A DNA stretch of 64,000 nt, taken from a virus. Taxonomy: Duplodnaviria > Caudoviricetes. The stretch is taken from IMG/VR virus record IMGVR_UViG_3300028920_000023; one strand, given 5' to 3'. This document shows positions 58,246 through 64,000 of the stretch, one piece after another (position 1 is the first letter of the stretch; the number at the start of each line of letters is the position of its first letter). A program made the translations under genes and the position numbers. The notes beneath the pieces are model-generated. The model did no database searches and had not been told where the DNA came from. It worked only from the letters and a program-made list of their open reading frames with translations.

Positions 58246-58964
58246 TGATTAGCTTCTGCACCACTTGTATGAACAGAACATGTCATTTGGCTAGGACTTT
58301 ACCGATCAATTTGGTAAACACAAGAGATTGTGATGTGGAGTTTGTTGTTTTAAATTATGGCAGCAGGGATGATTTGGATCATTTTATGGGGATGTTTTAT
58401 CATTTAATAATGACTTCTAGAGTCAGGTATTTCAAGACACAACAGGATGTCTTCCGGATGAGTCATGCTAAGAATGTTGTGCACAAGTTGGGCGATGGAG
58501 ATATTTTGTGCAATTTGGATGCGGATTGTATTATTGATGAGAATTTCGTTAAGGAGGTCAAGGAACGTGTGCTGGGCTCTGTGGTTAGGGGATGGTATGG
58601 TGGTCTTATTGCGATAGAGAAGAAGAATTTTATGGAATTGAGGGGATATGATGAGAGATTTAGGGGATGGGGTCGAGAGGATGATGATTTTGTTAACAGA
58701 GCTGGGCGTCTGGGGTTAGAGTTCGTGAGGTTAAATAGGGATGTTTATAAACAGATTAAGCATAAGCCTGATGATTCTAACCTGGATATGAAGGCTGAGG
58801 AATCTATTCCTCTAAACAGTGAATTGATGCATAATAATACTAAGCTAGGTATTATTACGGTCAATCAAGTTTCTTTTGGGGAGTGTATGATTGAATCTGG
58901 TAAAGTTGAGTTGACGAAGCCAAACAGTATGGTAAGGAGAGCTGTATCTAGATTCTCTAAATAA
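58245..58964 (+). CDS. GT2/GT7C glycosyltransferase
   Basis: ISFCTTCMNR, CNLDAD, LRGYDERFRGWGREDDDF. Confidence 0.85.
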   Translation: MISFCTTCMNRTCHLARTLPINLVNTRDCDVEFVVLNYGSRDDLDHFMGMFYHLIMTSRVRYFKTQQDVFRMSHAKNVVHKLGDGDILCNLDADCIIDENFVKEVKERVLGSVVRGWYGGLIAIEKKNFMELRGYDERFRGWGREDDDFVNRAGRLGLEFVRLNRDVYKQIKHKPDDSNLDMKAEESIPLNSELMHNNTKLGIITVNQVSFGECMIESGKVELTKPNSMVRRAVSRFSK

Positions 58965-58971
58965 AGTCTGA

Positions 58972-59000
58972 CCTCCCAAACATAATATGGACAAGGGAGG
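58972..59000 (+). promoter_or_regulatory. anti-SD/SD hairpin with CAAACATA
   Basis: CCTCCC/GGGAGG 6-bp stem; motif at 58977-58984, 21 nt before the ATG. Confidence 0.65.
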
Positions 59001-59005
59001 ACAAG

Positions 59006-59791
59006 ATGAAACAGAAAAATGTGGTTACCCTCTACAGAGAGACATGGAATCTGGGCGATGCAGTACAGACTCTAGCTTTGTCTAGGCTGATTGATGTCCA
59101 TGCTGGGATTTTCCGTGGAGAGAAGATTTATCTTGCCAATGATTATCTACATGTGAATAATGGTTATATCAGCGAGAAAGATTTTATTCCGCATCATGAT
59201 GCTTTGTTTGCTGGTGTGCATATTGATGTCTCATCTGGCGATGATAATATTTTGGTGTGGTTAGAGAATTCTTCTAGGCCTATTGGATCTAGGGACCCTT
59301 GGACGCATGAATATTTGTTGAAGAAGGGGATAAATTCTGAACTTGTTGGATGCGCGACAGTCACTTTCCCTACAATCGGTATGTGCGGTAAGGATGTTAT
59401 TAATGTTGAAAGCAGTTTGGAATTGGATGGTTGTATTAAGATGGACCATTTGATCCATAGGGAGATGTCGTGGGGTATGCAGTGGAATAGGGCTCAGAGT
59501 TATGTTACTAGGTATTCTATGGCGAAGTTTGTTGCGACATGTCGTTTGCATGTGGCGTTGGTTTGTATTGCGTATGGTATCCCGTTCTTTGTAGATAGGC
59601 CTAGGAATGAGAGTATGGAGAGAAGATTTAGTATTTTGTCTGAGATGGGTGTAAGATTTGGTGAAATCAATCAAATTTCTAATGAGGTTGTTGATGAGTG
59701 GAGGTTGAGGTATAAGGGGTTTTTGGAGAGGTTTGTTGATGTTGAGGAACATTCGCCAGGATTTGTTAAGCCGATATGGGATGTGGTCTGA
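59006..59791 (+). CDS. polysaccharide pyruvyltransferase-like protein
   Basis: NLGDAVQ, IGSRDPWT..VGCAT, VATCRLHVAL..AYGIP. Confidence 0.8.
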   Translation: MKQKNVVTLYRETWNLGDAVQTLALSRLIDVHAGIFRGEKIYLANDYLHVNNGYISEKDFIPHHDALFAGVHIDVSSGDDNILVWLENSSRPIGSRDPWTHEYLLKKGINSELVGCATVTFPTIGMCGKDVINVESSLELDGCIKMDHLIHREMSWGMQWNRAQSYVTRYSMAKFVATCRLHVALVCIAYGIPFFVDRPRNESMERRFSILSEMGVRFGEINQISNEVVDEWRLRYKGFLERFVDVEEHSPGFVKPIWDVV

Positions 59792-60300
59792 GGATTGTTT
59801 CTCCGTATTTTGATTTTACCCCTCCGGTTTTAGTGGAGAAGCAGAGGGAGGTTTTCGAGCGTTTTGATCTTCCTTTAGAACAGTGCAGAACGCGTGCTTC
59901 CGAGGGGAGCTTTTTGGATGAGGTAGTTCGTTCTGATTTTTCTTTGTTATTGTATTTCAGTCCTTATTGTGTTCCGTTGTTTGGTGATTTTATTAGGGTG
60001 GTTTGTTGTTTGGATCCGTTTGAGCGGTTGGTTGGTTTAAGGAGTCCTGGGTTTGGTGAGTGGGTTGTTGGTGGTTTTTTCGCTTTGAGTAGGGATGTTT
60101 ATGAGAGAGCTGGTCGTCCTTCGTTTTTGCCTTATGGTGGTGGTGTTTTGGGTCAGAGATTAATCAGAGGTTGTAGGGTAAATAGGATTGATGTCAGGTT
60201 TTTGGTGGATGATCAGTTGGTTTATCGTGGTGTGGTGAATGGTTTTAGGAGAAGGTGCGATAGGATTCTTTCTGAGGTTCCTGTATTGAGTTATGGATAA
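59776..60300 (+). CDS. degenerate GT-A-like protein
   Basis: GEWVVGGFFALSRDVYERAGRPSF; start uncertain. Confidence 0.5.
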   Translation: MGCGLRIVSPYFDFTPPVLVEKQREVFERFDLPLEQCRTRASEGSFLDEVVRSDFSLLLYFSPYCVPLFGDFIRVVCCLDPFERLVGLRSPGFGEWVVGGFFALSRDVYERAGRPSFLPYGGGVLGQRLIRGCRVNRIDVRFLVDDQLVYRGVVNGFRRRCDRILSEVPVLSYG

Positions 60301-60973
60301 ATTTCGGATTAGATTAAAGAATCGTGTTAAACCTAGAAAAATTAATAAGCATAATTCTGATAAATTATTTCTAAGGAATGTTACACTTATATGTATTGAT
60401 TGTGTGAATATTGTTGGGGCGTTACGTAGTCTTGCGATATGCTTACATTATTGCGATTTTCAAGATATCAAGTTTTTAACATCGGAAAATATGAACTTTA
60501 GATATAGGGTAGAGATACCTAAAATTCACAGCAAAAGAGAATATTCGTTTTTTGTTGTTAGAGAATTATACAAGTATGTCGATACTAGCCATTTACTCAT
60601 TGTACAACACGATGGATGGATTTGTAATCCCAAGGCATGGGATGATGAGTGGTACAAATATGATTATATTGGATCGAATGTTACGTGGATGGATAATAAA
60701 GGAGGGAATGGCGGTTTTTCTTTTAGGTCTAAAAGGTTATTAGAATATGGTTTGAATATTATTCCGGAGGGGAAAGAACATCCGGAAGATGCTGCGTACT
60801 CGTCTGTAAAGAAAAAGAATACTGGATTTAGGAAACAATTTGAAGATGCTGGTTTAAGATTTGCGGATAGGGAATTACAAGCAAAATTCGGATGTAAGAA
60901 TAGGAAGAAATGGGAAGGTTCTTTCGGCCATCATACGTCTAAATTGGATGATTGGAGAAATCCAATTGGATAA
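60293..60973 (+). CDS. DUF5672-like glycosyltransferase
   Basis: LLIVQHDGWICNPKAWDDEWYKYDYIG..GGNGGFSFRSK..PED. Confidence 0.8.
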   Translation: MDKFRIRLKNRVKPRKINKHNSDKLFLRNVTLICIDCVNIVGALRSLAICLHYCDFQDIKFLTSENMNFRYRVEIPKIHSKREYSFFVVRELYKYVDTSHLLIVQHDGWICNPKAWDDEWYKYDYIGSNVTWMDNKGGNGGFSFRSKRLLEYGLNIIPEGKEHPEDAAYSSVKKKNTGFRKQFEDAGLRFADRELQAKFGCKNRKKWEGSFGHHTSKLDDWRNPIG

Positions 60974-62456
60974 ATTCAGAAAAAGACTTATAAATCGTAT
61001 AAAACCAAAGAAAACTAATAAAATTGAGATACGAAATAAGGCAAATAAGATTATATCCCGTAATCATCTAGGAGGACATGAGAACATAACACATATAGAT
61101 GAAGCTGTCCTAGATTATTTAATAAGGCGATTTAGACCACATTCTTTTTTGGACGTCGGTTGCGGTCCAGGCGGCATGGTTTCTATAGCTAAATCAAGAG
61201 GATTATATTCAAAAGGAATAGATGGAGATGATAATATCAAATTTGAAGATTTGATATTGCATGATTTTCAAAATGGAAAAATAGACATCAAAAGAAAATT
61301 CGATATAATTTGGTCCACTGAATTTTTGGAACATATACCCGAGGAACTATTAGGAAACGTATTTTATACTCTAAAGAATTGTAGTAAAGAAGGAACAATT
61401 TTAATTATAACTGCGGCCCCGCCAAAATCAAAAGGACATTATCACGTTAATTTACAGAATTCAGATTATTGGATAGAAGTTTTCGAATCCAATGGATTTC
61501 AATATAGTAAGAGTCTCACTACATCAATACGAAGGTTATCTTCTATGAGACGCGAATTTATGAGAAAAACAGGTCTAGTATTTCAATTCAGGAGTAAATC
61601 AGAGAATAAAAAATCAGAACATCAAAAAACAAAAAAGATATGCTTTTATAGTTATTATGGCGGAGGCAAAAGACACGCAGAATTACTTAGGAAATATTAT
61701 GAATGTCGAAATTCAGAATTTTCAATAATAAAGCCTTGTAGTAAATGGTGTGAAGACGTATTTTCGGTAGTTACAGATATAATTTCGTCAGATATTATTT
61801 TCATCTGGAATGGGCAGGATCCGGGGTGTGATTGGATCAAATCTGTTTGCAAAGCTCATAACATCAAATATTTATACGCAGAATTGGGTCTTCTACCTCA
61901 GAAGAATAACTGGCATATCGACCCAAACGGTATAATCGGAAAGTCCTCTTTATGCAAAGAACTCAGTTGGGTTGATGACGAAATGATAAGAAAATACGAA
62001 CAATATAAGGAAACCTATATTCGAAAAAATAAATTATATTATAATCCTGGTGAATATATCTTGATTCCTTTACAATTGGAATTCGATAGTGCATTCTATC
62101 TCTATTCTGGTTATGCAAGAATATCTGATTTTATAGCGGATATGGAATCAAAATATGACAAAATCATCATCAGCCCACATCCTGTTAGGAAAGATATCAG
62201 ATTATATCCCAAAAAAGCTAAAATAATCAGAGATACCCCAACAATTAAGCTAGCTTTGAAATCAAAACAGGTAATAGGTCTGACCTCTACTATATTATAC
62301 GAGACATCCATGTTGGGCATCCCAACAGAAGCCATAGGGGATTGTCCTATGAAATACCATAAAGATGATCAAATACGTCTATTAGCAGCAGTATACCACA
62401 GACAAATACCAGAAGAAACAACAGATTTAACTAGATGGATAAACGATTTACTTTAG
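60966..62456 (+). CDS. SAM methyltransferase fused to a capsule-synthesis (KpsS-like) domain
   Basis: TTG start at 60966 with GGAG SD; FLDVGCGPG, FDIIWSTEFLEH; IFIWNG, YAELG, IPLQL, SPHP, TSTILYETSMLGIP. Confidence 0.78.
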   Translation: MDKFRKRLINRIKPKKTNKIEIRNKANKIISRNHLGGHENITHIDEAVLDYLIRRFRPHSFLDVGCGPGGMVSIAKSRGLYSKGIDGDDNIKFEDLILHDFQNGKIDIKRKFDIIWSTEFLEHIPEELLGNVFYTLKNCSKEGTILIITAAPPKSKGHYHVNLQNSDYWIEVFESNGFQYSKSLTTSIRRLSSMRREFMRKTGLVFQFRSKSENKKSEHQKTKKICFYSYYGGGKRHAELLRKYYECRNSEFSIIKPCSKWCEDVFSVVTDIISSDIIFIWNGQDPGCDWIKSVCKAHNIKYLYAELGLLPQKNNWHIDPNGIIGKSSLCKELSWVDDEMIRKYEQYKETYIRKNKLYYNPGEYILIPLQLEFDSAFYLYSGYARISDFIADMESKYDKIIISPHPVRKDIRLYPKKAKIIRDTPTIKLALKSKQVIGLTSTILYETSMLGIPTEAIGDCPMKYHKDDQIRLLAAVYHRQIPEETTDLTRWINDLL

Positions 62457-63398
62457 AATCATGTTAGCTGTTGCAATACAGGCACCAGTATGTCCTAATT
62501 CTGGAAAAGTTAACATAACATCAGAATCAGCTACAAGACCAAAAACGATAAAATAACCCTGAGCCTTATCCGTAACCCTCAATTCAGTTATCTTTCTCCA
62601 ACCAGATTTCAACATGGTCTCGCGATATTCGGATGTACCTCTCGGGTCTATGAACGAATATAACCTGGTTCCTTTTGGCACAGATAATTCGACAGACGAT
62701 CTATTGTTCATAGATAATCTTAAAAAGGATAAACCTATGAGTTCCTTGGGTATATCTTTTATGATATAATTCCTATCTACTAGATAGACAAAATTAGAAG
62801 ATATCGTAACAATATCTTTTTTACCATTGTGTTTAATAATAACGTTATTTCCAATCGAAACATTTGGTTTTTTACTCAAAACACTCATACCCTTCCTAGG
62901 CTCTTCCTTGAAATTAACCTCCTCAATATCATCACCAGCCTTAATCTGAAAAGTCTGATCACGATACCCCTCCTTCGCAATAGAAACGCTCCTGGTCTGC
63001 GGAGTATAGACCACAGTACAAGGAGTCACAGCATCCTTACCAAAAACATCCTTAACAGGCTTACCATCCACAAACACCCGCCAACCATCCTCAGCACTCA
63101 AAACATCAGCCTTCAACTGTACCGGCTTTAGCTTAACAACATCCAAACGCTTAATACCCCTATTCTCCACCTTCAGAGCAAGAACAAAATCCTCGTAACC
63201 AGCCTTCTTGAACAAAAGCTTCTGATCCCCAACCGGAACACGCACCAGACACTTCGTCATGCCCAAAGGAGCATTCATCTCCTCCTTGACCAAGAAAACA
63301 GCAGCCTTCGAAGGAGAAGAATCCACATAAAGCTTGCCCTCTTCTCCAAACACCACACCAACCAAAAGGAACAAACAAACCAAATATCGCATAATCAA
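62448..63398 (-). CDS. secreted PEGA-domain protein
   Basis: Signal MRYLVCLFLLVGVVFG; LYVDSSPSKAAVFL..KKAGYEDF; VFVDGKP..AKEGY. Confidence 0.75.
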   Translation of the reverse strand: MIMRYLVCLFLLVGVVFGEEGKLYVDSSPSKAAVFLVKEEMNAPLGMTKCLVRVPVGDQKLLFKKAGYEDFVLALKVENRGIKRLDVVKLKPVQLKADVLSAEDGWRVFVDGKPVKDVFGKDAVTPCTVVYTPQTRSVSIAKEGYRDQTFQIKAGDDIEEVNFKEEPRKGMSVLSKKPNVSIGNNVIIKHNGKKDIVTISSNFVYLVDRNYIIKDIPKELIGLSFLRLSMNNRSSVELSVPKGTRLYSFIDPRGTSEYRETMLKSGWRKITELRVTDKAQGYFIVFGLVADSDVMLTFPELGHTGACIATANMILK

Positions 63399-63414
63399 TC
63401 TCCTTTCTAACCTC

Positions 63415-63442
63415 TTTGTATCGCGCCCCGTCTAATACGCAA
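63415..63442 (-). promoter_or_regulatory. candidate early promoter
   Basis: TTGCGT-N16-TACAAA with GCGA before the -10. Confidence 0.5.
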
Positions 63443-63467
63443 CCCGTATATCTTAATCACAAAAACT

Positions 63468-63992
63468 TCAGTACGGAACCTCCCCAACAATACTCGTTAC
63501 AATCTTTTGGTGCTCCGGATCCATCTTCTCATGATCAACAGCCTTATCGACAACCACACCACGAGCTGCAAGATGAGAAAGATTAAACCGACTCATAATC
63601 TTACCAAGCTGACCACTCTTCGTACCACTCGGAAAATCATCACCATGCAACAAAAAGAACTTAGGACCACCCTCAGCCCTCAGACCCATCTCCAGATCAG
63701 TAGTAACATCAACACGACCACGAGGAACACCCCTATAAGCATCCTCCAAATCGTCAATATTATCCTCAATATCATAATGATCAATCAGCTTAGGAACAAT
63801 ATACTTCATCCAAGCCTCATAATGCGAAAGAGCACCATATTCGGCATCCGAAAAAGTCATCAAAACCCACTTCGGCTTCAAATACACATAATACCAAATG
63901 CCAGTAGAAGGCTTCCTAGACTCCTCGAGCTTCCTCACATCCTCAGCGCTAATCCCAAGAACCTCATCCAACTCGCTAGACAAATCAGACAT
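63468..63992 (-). CDS. hypothetical protein with a head-protein-like leader
   Basis: MSDLSSELDEVLGISAEDVRKLEES; YRGVPRGRV. Confidence 0.7.
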   Translation of the reverse strand: MSDLSSELDEVLGISAEDVRKLEESRKPSTGIWYYVYLKPKWVLMTFSDAEYGALSHYEAWMKYIVPKLIDHYDIEDNIDDLEDAYRGVPRGRVDVTTDLEMGLRAEGGPKFFLLHGDDFPSGTKSGQLGKIMSRFNLSHLAARGVVVDKAVDHEKMDPEHQKIVTSIVGEVPY

Positions 63993-64000
63993 GTCATTCC

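Noticed and set aside
60861-60965. Track N-terminal extension of the MTase/KpsS-like ORF
   Set aside because: It overlaps the DUF5672 gene; the TTG at 60966 with an SD and the MDKFR leader is the better start.

Overview
64 kb of a huge (jumbo) bacteriophage genome in standard code 11. Evidence: Shine-Dalgarno sites, a sigma70-type factor, a baseplate-wedge-like protein, a T4 gp2-like protein, thyX, tmk and rarA. No rRNA, tRNA, integrase, transposase or cas gene was recognised. The left end has a decaying, Cas-less CRISPR-like array (25-bp repeat). The core is a virion-structure block: two paralogous Cys-rich fibre-like proteins, a PA14-bearing baseplate-like protein and a 3696-aa (Gly-Pro-Thr)n collagen-like fibre with seven globular repeats. 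Two glycan loci bracket it, with gmd, fcl, a GT10 fucosyltransferase, several other glycosyltransferases, a sulfotransferase domain, a pyruvyltransferase and a methyltransferase; a second sulfotransferase lies inside the block. The least expected signal is regulatory. A motif nA(A/T)AnATA (mostly CAAARATA) sits 14-28 nt upstream of 11 structural and glycan genes. In at least 7 genes the RBS or AUG is folded into a hairpin, usually with that motif in the loop or 5' arm. This looks like a T4-style late-promoter/translational-lock regulon that couples glycosylation to morphogenesis. Also notable: blockwise A+C versus G+T strand skew that flips inside ORFs, a shared MDKFRxxL leader on three glycan enzymes, and a 757-aa sigma factor with a head-protein-like leader. 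All family calls are by motif recognition; no database search was run.
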